64,000 nucleotides of DNA from Octopus vulgaris (GCA_951406725.2 OX597814.1:157046001-157110000), one strand, 5' to 3'; positions 1 to 12,578 are shown, counted from the stretch's first letter. The notes: generated by a model not told the origin, from the letters alone. Translations and numbers: made by a program.

Positions 1-212
1 TCTCTTCCACTGTATTCTCTTCCTGCTCCTCCTGGGGATCTTCTACCTCTCTTGTTGGTTCCTTTCTTGGTTCTTTTGTTAAGGGAGGACAGTTAGCTCT
101 TATGTGGCCCTTCAAGCCGCATTTGTAACAACGAGGAGCTCTGTCCTCCACCCATACTCTCATAATGATATTTCCCATTGTTATTGTCTCGGTCAGTAAA
201 AGAGTAAAAAAG

Positions 213-620
<408 letters not shown>

Positions 621-1059
621 AATTAAGGGTTAAGCAATAAGTTGCTTCACCACATACCGAACATTTAGAAATAGCAGCCAATGATAGCTCATTCCTTTTT
701 ACTACATATATAACTCTACAGATAACAGTATTTGTAACTCACATAGGCAAAAAGAAGAAAAAATAACGAAATCAAACAGTCATCGATTAATTTTGGACGC
801 GTTTCTTGATTAGAATTATACAAATTCATTTCCGTCATCAACATAATATTTCGAGAAGTTATAAATCTGAAAATGCTATGAACCTACACTTTGCATCCCG
901 ATCAAGCTCCATCGGAAAATAACAAGGTATTCAGCACATCCAAATCTATATAGACGAGTGAATTCATAATTTCCATCCAAGATTACCTTGTGCGTCACAA
1001 GATGGTACCGCAGAAAGAGAACTGCAGCTTGTTATACGGGAATGAAAAAATCATTACAG

Positions 1060-2000
1060 ATATAGGATGGTTTCCCAGCTGTCCTCCTAAAGTCATGTAA
1101 ACAAGAATTAGCGGGACCACTCCGGATACTCTTACAAAGTTTCCTTGCAAGTGGTAAACTTCTCAAAAAGCTGAAAGAAGGCATCATATGTCCTATCCAT
1201 AAAGGTGGAAGCAGAGCAGAGGCTGGGAACTACAGACTCATCTCTTTGACATCACATATTAGTGAAGTCATGGAACGAATTGTCAGAAGGAATTTGATTG
1301 CATTCCTAGAAGAAAATGACTTGCTGAATGAGACCCAGCATGGTTTCCGTCCAGGTAGAAGCTGTCTCACGCAGATCTTGCAGCATTATGACTGGGTCAA
1401 AGTTGATGTGATATATCTCGACTTTGCAAAAGTCTTTGACAAAATTGATCATGGCATGACATGTCACAAGCTGCGAAACCTTGGCATACTGGTAAATTTG
1501 GAGAGTGGCTGTATGACTTCCTGAATGGAAGAAGTCAGACAGTTACAGTCAATGGAGAATTATCTAGGTAAACGCAAATATTGAGCTGTGTTCCACAAGA
1601 AACTGTCCTGGGGCAACTACTGTTCATAGTAGCCCTTCTGGACATGTCCACGGCCACTCACTCGGACAGCCATTGTCACTAGCTACGCTGATGACACAAA
1701 ACTATCTCAGGCAATAAAGAATCCTGATGATGTCATAAGCCTGCCGAATGATCTAAATGCAATATACAAGTGGGCAAATAATATGCAGTTCAATTCTAAA
1801 AAATTTCAAGTACTGCGCAACAAGGCCACAAATGCCCCTCCCCCAAACTGACATACACAGGGCCTAGAGGTACTGCAATCCCAGAACCACAAACAGTGAG
1901 AGACCTGGGCATCAGCATGTGTAGTGGTGCATCATTTCACATGCACATTGTCAAGTTGACAGCAAAGTGCAGACAACTGACAGGGTGGATACTGAGGACA
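1060..2000 (+). mobile_element. Decayed CR1-group LINE RT fragment (older relative of family A)
   Basis: Translates in shifting frames to [56 protein letters not shown] and SYADDTK, matching the intact ORF2 at 34613-37717; frameshifts present. Confidence 0.92.
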
Positions 2001-2009
2001 TACTTATAT

Positions 2010-2685
2010 ATATGCTCTTCAGCATATGATATAACTTCAAGTTTAAACATAGCTGTATAAGATCTACGAGGCGTTTTATGGTCATGTAATGTATAAAATG
2101 TTTTATTGGAGATTAATGTACAGGTTAAAGTCCCGCTTATAAAAACTCTAGTAAAGACCCACAGTAGTTCAAACATTTAATACTGGTATTTAATTATCTA
2201 TTGTTTCCCACGGTAGTGATGCAAACTGCCAATGAAAACATCGGGATGAACTATTTAGCGCTAAACTATTAAGCACAATTCGTGCGTAATTAAGCCAGCA
2301 GCACCTAGTCGAACTAATACTTCCGCGCATGCGTAATACAATAATGGTGATGTTCTTAACTGTTATATGGGAATGTAAATATGTTTGCAAATTGCTTTTG
2401 TTACATGTTATCCTGTGTTCTGAATACTTTTATTTTAATAAATGTTGCTTACTGCAAGTTATGGATGATTCTTTTATGACTTCATTGCTTTCAGGTTTAG
2501 CTTAAGGTATTTTCGCGCCCGACATCACAAAATGTGTGTGACTAAACATTGCCGGACAGTAAATAGAGAGTTAGACATTGCTTAGATAATATTTAAAATT
2601 TTTAACCTCATATATAGTACGCACTAGGGATTTTGACCTTTAAACTTTGGGAAAAAATGCGGATTATACTCGAGGATTTACGGTA
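2010..2685 (-). mobile_element. 5' end of a pogo/Tigger-like Tc1-mariner DNA transposon
   Basis: Minus strand starts TA-CCGTAAATCCTCGAGTATAATCCGC (pogo-type terminus) and encodes RRSYTAMFKLEVISYAEEH, a Brinker-like HTH start typical of pogo transposases; truncated at a TA run. Confidence 0.7.
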
Positions 2686-2690
2686 TGTAA

Positions 2691-2744
<54 letters not shown>

Positions 2745-2876
2745 GATATAGTGTATATTTATACACATAAGGAATCCACACTTAAGGTGCGATTCAACAC
2801 ATTAGATAGCCACAAAAATAACAGATAAAATTCGACAGGAATAAATTTGGAAATGAAAAACAGTTACCATTTAATA

Positions 2877-2952
2877 CCCCGGACCAAATTGGTTTCTGAT
2901 CTTCTTTTAGCAAGTTGGGGGAACTCGCAAGGTCTGATCTTCTTCGGCGAGG
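2877..2952 (-). ncRNA. Type I hammerhead ribozyme-like fold, variant core CCGAAGA
   Basis: Minus strand reads CCTCG-CCGAAGA-AGATC...GATCA-GAAA-CCAATTTGG-TC-CGGGG. Stem I is CCUCG/CGGGG, stem III is ACCA/UGGU, cleavage triplet GUC; stem II is weak (A.A at its base). Confidence 0.55.
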
Positions 2953-3232
2953 TCCAACCTGGGGTTGAAACATATGAGACAGAAGACAAGGACTGCTACC
3001 TGTCTACTGTTTATACGAAGTAACTTTTCAAATTTTTCTGCGCAATCGCACTCCTACCGTTGGCTACAATAAACCGCCAACTTTAACCGAAAATTATCCA
3101 AAAAGTTATAATGTTTAATCATATCAAAAGGGAAATGGAATTTAATTAAATTTAAAATATTCAATCAAAATTTACATTTCCAGTGGTCTAACGTGCAAAA
3201 AAATTAGTCAAGAAGACTATATATTAGTTATA

Positions 3233-3617
3233 AGTGGAGGCGCAATGGCCCAGTGGTTAGGGCAGCGGACTCGCGGTCATAGGATCGCGGTTTCGATTCC
3301 CAGACCGGGCGTTGTGAGTGTTTATTGAGCGAAAACACCTAAAGCTCCACGAGGCTCCGGCAGGGGATGGTGGTGATCCCTGCTGTACTCTTTCACCACA
3401 ACTTTCTCTCACTCTTACTTCCTGTTTCTGTTGTACCTGTATTTAAAAGGGCCAGCCTTGTCACTCTCTGTGTCACGCTGAATATCCCCGAGAACTACGT
3501 TAAGGGTACACGTGTCTGTGGAGTGCTCAGCCACTTACACGTTAATTTCACGAGCAGGCTGTTCCGTTGATTCGGATCAACCGGAACCCTCGTCGTCGTA
3601 ACCGACGGAGTGCTTCC
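3233..3617 (+). mobile_element. tRNA-derived SINE, full length with 12-bp TSD
   Basis: A-box TGGCCCAGTGG and B-box-like GTTTCGATTCC; TSD ATATTAGTTATA at 3221-3232 and 3618-3629; the empty site is preserved in the inverted arm near 3835-3850. Confidence 0.92.
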
Positions 3618-3952
3618 ATATTAGTTATACGATATAGTGTCTATTTATAAACTTAGGGTGAGATTCAACACATTAGATAACCACAAAAATAATAGATAAA
3701 CTTCGACAGGAATAAATTTGGAAATGAAAAACATTTACCATTTACGAATTTTATCTATTATTTTTGTGGTTATCTAATGTGTTGAATCTCACTCTAAGTG
3801 CGGATTCCTTATGTGTATAAATAGACACTATATCGTATAACTAATATATAGTCTTCTTGACTAATTTTTTTGCACGTTAGACCACTGGAAATGTAAATTT
3901 TGATTGAATATTTTAAATTTAATTAAATTCCATTTCTCTTTTGATATGATTA

Positions 3953-3955
3953 TAT

Positions 3956-4035
<80 letters not shown>

Positions 4036-4199
4036 TAAATATATATTTATATATTTCTATATATATATGTTAAATATATATTTATATATTTATATATATT
4101 AAATATATATTCATATTATATATATATATTGTATATATATTAAATAAATATTTATATATATATTATATATCTTATATATATATTTATATATTTATATGT

Positions 4200-4230
<31 letters not shown>

Positions 4231-4365
4231 TATATATATAAATTTATATACATATATTATATATATAAATTTACATACATATATTATATATATAAATTTA
4301 TATACATATATTATATATATAAATTTATATACATATATTATAAATATATATTTATATACACATAT

Positions 4366-4435
<70 letters not shown>

Positions 4436-4630
4436 TTCATATATATAATTATATATATATTATATATTTATTATATATATATTTATATATATATATTAAT
4501 ATATATATATCAATATATATATTATATATATATATTATATATACATTATACGTATTATATATATTATATATGTATATATATATTATATATATTTTATATG
4601 TATATTTATATAAGTTATATTTTATATATA
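3953..4630. repeat. Degenerate (TA)n array with short internal tandem units
   Basis: Directly visible. Confidence 0.95.
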
Positions 4631-4899
4631 TTAGCTGACGATACCTCCACATACCGGAAGAGCTATTTCTAGCACTAGAGTTAACCTATTTAACGTTAAC
4701 TCTCTTATATTTACGGATAAATATGTATTGTCTCCCTGCTTGGTCGCTTGGTGTTAAGATAAGGGTATTATTAAATTAATATCTAATTTTTAACCCTCAT
4801 TTTTGAATTTATGTATATATATTATATATTCTATATATATATATTTTCTTTTTTTCTGTAGTTTTGCTACACTCTCATTACTGAGAGCCTCCAATAATA

Positions 4900-5915
4900 T
4901 GTGTCACTTGCTGAAGAATGGAGTTTGATATAGCTACCTTCATTTGCACCTCTTGGGAATCTCGATGAGAAGAGGTCCAGCTTTGATTTAAAAACGCCTA
5001 CATCTACTTTGTGCAGGTTCCTCAGGCTCTTTGGGAGAATATTAAAAGCTGTGGGCCCTTGGAACCCAGGCTGTTGCAGTAACTTGTCCTGAAGTGCGAT
5101 GGCGTTGCTGGAATCTTTGGCACTATGCAGTGTCGTCCCGTTCTGTAATTGATGTAGCTTTCAATACCAAAATTTGGCACAATTCCTTCCAGGATCTTCC
5201 AGATGTATATTACTGCATACCTCTCCCGCCTTCTCTCCAGGGAGTAGAGTCTTAGCTGTTTCAGCCTTTCCCAGTAGCTGAGCAGTTGCAAAGAGACGAT
5301 CTTCTTTGTGAATCTTCTCTGGATTGCTTCAAGGTCCACTGTAAATTTCACACTGTTGGGTGACTATAGCTGTGAGCAGTAATTCAGGCGACTAAGGACG
5401 AATGTCCTCCAGAGGACCATCATGATTTCCTTATCTTTGGTTCTGAATGTTCTCAGGATCCAGCCAGCCAGTCGTCTACACTTTGTCGCCATCCTGGTAA
5501 TGTGCACTTGGAAAGAAGTATCATCACTCATGTCGATACCCAGGTCCCTCACTGATTTAGGCTCTGGGATTGAAATTCCCTGTGAACCAGTGTACTCTGG
5601 AAGTTTCATATTCAGTTTTGGACGCTGGTAGTGCAGGGCTTGGAATTTTTCAGCATTAAAATGTATATTATTATCCTCAGCCCATATGTAACTTGAGTCC
5701 AACTCCTGCTGCAGATGCGCAACATCGCTGGGGTTCTGTATTTTCTGCGATACTTTCGTATCGTCTGCATAGCTTGCAAAGGTAGCTATTCGGGTTCTCG
5801 AGGGCATATCTGAGAGGGCCACTATAAAAAGCAGTGGTCCTAAGACAGTACCTTGTGGAACACTGCTTACTATTTGTGTTTTCATAGAGGTGGCTCCATT
5901 AGCCAATACTTCCAT
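4900..5915 (-). mobile_element. Decayed CR1-group LINE 3' fragment (family A relative)
   Basis: ORFs 5364-5915 ([19 protein letters not shown]) and 5022-5351 ([13 protein letters not shown]) are collinear with family A ORF2; internal stop. Confidence 0.95.
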
Positions 5916-6112
5916 GACTTTTATGCTATATTCATATACATATATTTTATATATACTTATATATATTGTATATATATATATTATATATACATATATATAT
6001 TATACATATTTATATATGTATTATATTTATATTTGTATATATATTTATATACATATATTTGCATATATATGTGTATAAATATGTGTATATATATGTGTAT
6101 ATATATATATAT

Positions 6113-6559
6113 ATAATCAAAGTAAGCATCAAGGATATCCAAAGGTAGTGTAGTGCAATCGTTTCATGCTAGTTCATTTAATTAAACTCATTAGTCCTAT
6201 GGATAAGGAGCCACATATATGCGTCCTTAATTCACCTCTTTGTCTATATACCTACCCTCTTTGTAATGTTGGCAAATGGAATAAGTATAAAAATGAACAT
6301 TTAATTAAAAAAATTACATATGTGGTTGAAGAGTGCTCTACATTTTAAAACTGATTTAATACTTACGTTGTTTAATTAAATGATGTAGCATGAAACGATT
6401 GTACCACACTACCTTTGGATATCCTTGCTGCTTATTTTGATTATAATTACCCCATTTGAATTATATGGATAATACCATATCAAATTCTGGTGCCTTTAAC
6501 TTAAGTACCATATTCATCTGAATCTAAACTTTTGTTGAACTTATAATACCATACAATGT

Positions 6560-6560
<1 letters not shown>
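6113..6560 (+). mobile_element. Short non-coding HHR-bearing foldback element (PLE pLTR / retrozyme-like) in (TA)n
   Basis: 6113-6188 is an inverted copy of ~6370-6445; HHR at 6321-6408; the 3' part (TAATACCATA..ATTCTGGTGC..TTAAGTACC..ATTCAT.TGAAT) is homologous to the minus strand of 49900-50020. Confidence 0.75.
6321..6408 (+). ncRNA. Type I hammerhead ribozyme fold, variant core UUGAAGA
   Basis: TGTGG-TTGAAGA-GTGCT..AGCAT-GAAA-CGATTG-TA-CCACA: perfect 5-bp stem I, stem II GUGCU/AGCAU, short stem III, GUA cleavage triplet. Confidence 0.75.
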
Positions 6561-6632
<72 letters not shown>

Positions 6633-6759
6633 TATATATACGTATAGATGTATGTGTATGTAAATATATATATCTTATATAAATATGTATATATATATGT
6701 ATATATACATTTATATATATGTATATGTATATTTATATATATATATATATATATGTATA

Positions 6760-6804
<45 letters not shown>

Positions 6805-6902
6805 GTATATACATATATATGTATATGTATATATATATACGCATATATATATACATTTATGAATATATATATATATAAATGTATATATATATATACATAC
6901 AT

Positions 6903-7465
6903 ACTTGAGGCGATCCAACGAAGCTACACAAAGAAGATAGCCTCTATGCAGAATGTAAGCTACTGGGAAAGACTCAAGAGATTAAAATTATATTCCCTGG
7001 AGCGTAGGCGGGAAAGATATGCCATAATATACATCTGGAAGATCCTGGAGGGAAGTGTTCTGAACTTTGGCATCGAGAGTTACGCAAATGCCAGAACTGG
7101 GCGCCACTGCGTGGTGCCTAGGACTCCAAACTTGCCATCAAGATGTAGGACAAGATTCTGTGATAGCCTGGGCTTCCGAGGCCCACAGCTCTTCAATATC
7201 CTCCCGAAGAACCTGAGAGACCTGCATGGGGTGGATACAGATGTCTTTAAAATGAAGCTGGATCTCTTCCTGTTAGGTGTCCCAGATGAACCAACTTCAC
7301 GGCAGGAGGGGCAGATGAGGGCAGCTGCATCGAACTCTCTCATGCACCAAATAGCAGTTGCTAGAAAGCCTCCATGAAGTGAAACCAAGTAGCAACACCA
7401 AATGGCGGTGCCCCAGCATGGCCACAGCTCATAAGCTGAAACTAGAATCAATCAATCAATCAATC
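6903..7465 (+). mobile_element. 5'-truncated family A LINE inside (TA)n
   Basis: Encodes [11 protein letters not shown]...VARKPP, nearly identical to the C-terminus of the intact ORF2s; 3' UTR and (ATCA)n tail; TA arrays on both sides. Confidence 0.97.
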
Positions 7466-7472
7466 ATATATA

Positions 7473-7554
<82 letters not shown>

Positions 7555-7631
7555 TATATATATATATGAAAATATATATATGAATGTATATGTACATAAA
7601 TAACAAATGAAAAACAGAAGAAGGAATATAC

Positions 7632-8826
7632 GAGAATTGGTGACGCGCATCCTCGATGATAGTGATGCTGTTGACATCGTTTTACTGGACTTTGCCAAAG
7701 CTTTTGACTCGGTAAACCACCGCCTATTGCTTGTCAAGCTTCAAGCATATAGTTTCCATCCGGATATTGTACGATGGGTTGGTGCCTTCCTCTCAGATCG
7801 CTCCTTCCAAGTCCAAGTTAATGGTTCGCGGTCCGACGTCTCCAGTGCGAGCAGTGGCGTGCCTCAAGGTTCAGTGCTTTATAAATGAAGGTTAGTCTTC
7901 ATAAATGACTTGCCCGACGACCTCACGCAACACACCCTTCTATTTGCCGACGATATCAAACTGGTCGCTCCTCGCGGTAATATGGAGGATCTTCGTCGAT
8001 GCCTTCACCAAATTTGGAAGTGGTCTAACAATTGGGACCTGTGTCTGAACGTGTCAAAGTGCTGTCATCTGCCTGTCGGCTCTACTCCTGCAACTCAACT
8101 TGATTTCGAGCCGGGTCGTCTGCTGCTGGAGAGGACCGATCAGGTAAAGGACCTAGGTATCTTGGTGGATTCCTCCTTTTCGCCTTCGGCCCAGTGCGTC
8201 CATGCTGCCAACAAAGCACGCGGAATTCTGTTCTTGATTCGACGGTCATTCGGAATGCTCACAGCAGCCATATTCCTACCACTCTATGTCACGCTGGTGA
8301 GACCCATATTGGAGTATGGGATTCAAGCCTCTTCTCCTTATCTCCTCAAAGACATACAGCATCTCGAAAGAGTCCAGAAGCTGGCTACCCGCATGGTTCA
8401 TGGTCTCAAAAATTTGTCCTACGAAGAAAGGCTGAGGACGCTCGACCTTTATTCTCTTGAAATCACCGCCGCCGTGGTGATCTCATTCTCGCCCACAACA
8501 TCATAAGCGGAAAGTGTAACCTCTCGAAAGAGCTGTTCTTCACTCCTGCTCCAGAGCGTCGGCTGCGGGGTCATTCCGAAAAGCTCTACCTGCGACGATT
8601 TCATCTCAATCGAAGGAGAGGAGCTTTCTCCGTCCGGGTTGCGGATCCGTGGAACAAGCTGCCAGACGAGATGGTGAAGATGCCGACGACCGCTTTGTTC
8701 AAAGCCTCCCTTGACCTCAAGTGGCCTGAACTCTTTACATGAACACCACCCTGTACTTAACTCCATGTCCCCCTACATGGCCTTGCTATTTGCTTTTGAG
8801 CCAAATTAACTAACTAACTAACTAAC
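7632..8826 (+). mobile_element. 5'-truncated CR1-type LINE (family C) with (CTAA)n tail
   Basis: [41 protein letters not shown]; ends TAACTAACTAACTAAC. Confidence 0.93.
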
Positions 8827-8829
8827 ATA

Positions 8830-9716
8830 TTATTAATCACAATTGTTTCGACACATCTACCATCGACCGTTCTTGTGGGACACACAAAAACTGGTTCAGG
8901 AGTAGTTGGTGGTGCAGACGTATTTCGTCAGGTGATAAAAAAATCTCGTTAAAATAACTGTTCCATAATGCAACTTACCGCTTTGTAGAGAGAAAAGCAG
9001 GAGGAAAATTCTCCATATATATAGAAGATCCAAAAATAAAATTGGCGAAGACAAAAAGAGAAACGAACACTTAATCAAGCGAGAATAGTATTGAAAATAG
9101 CCGTTAACAGATATTGATGCATAAACGCCACCGGGTAAGCAGCATGGCACGAATACACAAGCTCATACAAGCATTAGCAAAAATGTGAGCATACGCACAC
9201 GCGAGGTTAAGCGCACTCATAATTGCAAAGCGAGTTAGATATTTAGTAGGTGTTTAGAAGAACGGGGAGGTTTAAAGCTAATTTAAGTCATCCATACTTT
9301 AAAGTAAAATAAAATAAAATTACACTAAGTTAACGGTTACTCAAAATTCATTCTCACTGCATCGTGCGAAAGTACATTTTTATGCGTGTAGGCGTCTCGA
9401 TAATCTTTCAGAAATTCTATTAAGTGTCTTTTCATTAGTCCACAGAATAGACAGGGATTTCTCGGAGCAGAGACGGCATCTCCTGGAAATTGCACTCTTT
9501 TGTTTTAACTATGAACCAAGTAATGTAGTATTTTGTACTAACCTCCTTCAGTCGCCATATAAAATCTGCCAAAGATGTCGAATGTCTCTTATTGATTGAC
9601 TTAAAGCAGGCAACATGATTACGATAACGATTCTTAAATGAATCAGCCGTCTGCCCAATGTAAACATAGGGCCCTTCCATTCTGTGCACGGTACATTTAT
9701 ATACAAAATTTGTACT
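8830..9716 (-). mobile_element. Penelope-like element 3' part (GIY-YIG endonuclease + pLTR)
   Basis: VYKCTV...VYIGQT..FKNRYRNH...TSLADFIWRLK is a PLE-type GIY-YIG; an HHR remnant lies downstream. Confidence 0.88.
8836..8936 (-). ncRNA. Hammerhead ribozyme remnant (cleavage site apparently deleted)
   Basis: ATCAC-CTGACGA-AATACGTCTGC...GTAGATGTGTC-GAAA-CAATTG-TGAT: canonical core and 10-bp stem II with G.U pairs, palindromic CAATTG stem III; about 3 nt missing at the NUH site. Confidence 0.6.
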
Positions 9717-11443
9717 CATACAGATTCATCAAAGGACAAATGTATTCCTGCCACAGACAGTGTTTGACCGTGCGCTTTGTTAATTGACATTGCGAAACAT
9801 GACCTTACTGGGAACTGGGTCCTCCGAAATATGAAAGGTAGGTCTGCCCCTGATGGGAAAAGATGCATCCTAGGTATGCCTCGACCGCACCCTGTGATAA
9901 TGGTGGCCTCAATCAGATTGGGAGATAAGGACTTAACGATGAAACGTGTGCCATTGCATTGTTTTAGGGGAACCAAATTTCTAATGAGCATTATAGGGGC
10001 ACCAACAGAAGTTCGCATACAACTCCGTTGTTAATTCAGTTCGGGCCAAAGCTGGGGGGATTTTTTTCCTGGACGCTCCTGGGGGCACTGGGAAAACTAT
10101 CTAAGCCAATATTAATTTATCAGAATATGGATTGGATTGGCCAAAGGACTATTCTGGCTCCGAGGAATAAGACTGTTCACCATATTAATGATGAAATGCT
10201 AAAACTCATTCCTGGGGATGTCTATGTATATAAGTCTATCGATACAACTCCTGACCCAGAGGACGTCATCAACTATCCAATAGAAGTACTCAATTCCTTT
10301 GAGCCCCCCGGACTACCACCACACATTGTGCTCATACCTAGGATGCATCTTTTCCCATCAGGAGCAGACCTACCTTTCATATTTCGGAGGACCCAGTTCC
10401 CAGTAAGGTCATGTTTCGCAATGTTAATTAACAAAGCGCACGGTCAAACACTGTCTGTGGCAGGAATACATTTGGGAGAGCCATGTTTCTCTCATGGTCA
10501 GCTTTATGTTGCCTGCTCGCGTGTCGACAGCAACAGTGATGCTTTCGCATTCGTTCCTCAACGAAAAACAAAAAAAACATTGTGTACAAGGAGGTTTTAT
10601 AGGATTACGTTTCATCATTTTCGAACACGTTAGTATTTCACTTACATACGACTCCCTTTTATGATCGCATTTACATTTTTAGGCGTTTCATGACATTAAT
10701 TCACACTTAACCAACACCTGTCCTTCGCTCACCTCTATTTCTATCCATTCATCATCAAACCACCAGCCTCATCTTCTATATCCAACGTACATGACACATC
10801 TACCCCCTACATCTACACTCTCACTGTTAAAGTTTACATAAGCGACAACACGATCGCAACATACACTTTGGAAACTAAGCAACAGATCATTTTATACAAC
10901 AACAAATTTAATCAAAACGCCCATCAATGAAAACATCTCCACCACTGTGTTGTGATTCATCTATTCAGTACCACTACAGTCTTGCCGGTCTGACATGTGG
11001 TGAGTAGATGCTATTGTTCTATATTTTATAAATTACCCATATTTACTTACCCATGCTTCATTCCCCTCTTGCCTACATAGGGCATCCATTCTCTTTTAAC
11101 ACAGCATGAAGTTTTGTAACAGCACATCCGCTGCCGTTCGTGCAAAACGAAGAAACCCTATTCACCTGCGAACGTTTTACACCGCCTTCCACGACTATCA
11201 AATTCTTACAATTATGAGAACAATAACATGGCTCTTTTCAAGGCAACCTCGCATTCAATTCTTACACCATTCTACGAGAGGTTAGGAACCCTTTTACACG
11301 GCGGCTTTCAATACACTTACAAATACATTCATTCGCCGTAAACTTATATCAATATTTGCCTGAATAATCATCATAATTCAGTGCAATCATTAACAGTACT
11401 TTCAAGCAATTCAGCCCCGAGCATCGCCGGGCAATTCTGCTAG
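9716..11443 (+). mobile_element. Helitron fragment (Pif1-like helicase C-terminus + 3' end), rearranged
   Basis: ILAPRN, PPGLPPH, RTQFPVRSCFAM.INKAHGQTL, CFSHGQLYVACSRV; inverted helicase piece at 9716-10025; 3' hairpin CCCGAGCATCGCCGGG followed by CTAG|T at 11440-11444. Confidence 0.92.
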
Positions 11444-12549
11444 TACTCAATAAGGCCCTAATTTATGCAATGAATAAGATAGGAATGACTTATGATAAAG
11501 TTAATGTTATTAAAACAGCTAGGAAAATGTTGATTAGAAATAATAATAAATTTTGGGCTAGGAAGTATACTAGGGACTTTTTGATATACCTATGGGGGCA
11601 CCCGATTCTGCACAGGCAACTGATTTAATAGGTATTTATTTATTATCGAAACTTCAATTAGAAAAATTAAAGTTGGAGGGCGGTCTATATAGGGATGACC
11701 TTTTATTAATAACTAAGAATTGCACCAATAGAACACTAGAATTATATAAGAAGAAACTATACAGTTTTTTAAAAAGATGCGGATTGAGTATTACTACATA
11801 TAATGAGAACTATAATGTTAATTATTTAGATGCTAATTTTAATTTAATAACAGATAAAACCCAACCATTCCATAAAATTAATGAAAACCTTAGATATATT
11901 AATGCTAATAGTAATCATCTGCCTCTATAAAGAAATCATTAATTGATAATACAGGTAAAAGAATATCGTTGCTTTCTTCTAATTGTGAGATTTTCCAAAA
12001 ATACGCACCTTATTATAATGAAGCCCTGCAAGAGGCGGGATATAATATTAATATTAAATTCTTTAATAATTCTAAATAGGATTATAATATAAAAGATTAT
12101 AATATAAATGATACCTAAATTTTTTGTAATAATAAACCTAACATTTAGAATTATTATGATACGTTTTATTTAGGTAATTATGGTATTAATAATATGTATT
12201 ATGATAATACAAAACATAAATATAATAGACTTAAAAATATGGTTAAATTTAATTCATTTAATGATAATAATAAATTTAATAATATAAAAAATAAATATAA
12301 TAATATTAATAATAAGAACAAAATTTGGTTAATTATTACTTATGGAGCTCAAGTTAAAACAAACATTATTAAAGAGATTTTAACTATAATTGAAGTATTC
12401 ATTAGAAATAATAAAAAATATAATAATATTTTTTCTAGTAATAATTTTGGAGTTGGTTATTCTACTACTAATAATGTAGGTAACATTATTTCTTCTTTTA
12501 ATAATTTTAAGCTGCATAAGTTTTACAAAAACAAATCAAATAATTATTC

Positions 12550-12578
<29 letters not shown>

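Larger units (their letters stand above)
2742..3952. mobile_element. Non-coding PLE pseudo-LTR-like element with tandem and inverted copies, interrupted by a SINE
   Basis: 2742-2875 is repeated at 3630-3745. 3745-3952 is the inverted copy of 3115-3232 plus 3630-3705. Carries an HHR-like fold and is flanked by (TA)n on both sides. Confidence 0.65.

Noticed and set aside
791-920. Possible minus-strand HHR (TTTT-CCGATGGA-GCTTGAT...ATCAA-GAAA-CGCG-TC-CAAAA)
   Set aside because: The GAAACGCGTC half is suggestive, but the core and stem I have several mismatches; too decayed to call.
3237-3310. tRNA gene
   Set aside because: The tRNA-like head continues into a SINE body with a TSD; the same applies to 14500-14565, 17735-17810 and 24390-24476.
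4633-4720. CTGACGA core (HHR) or LADDT peptide (RT motif)
   Set aside because: No downstream GAAA or stem III, and no further RT similarity.
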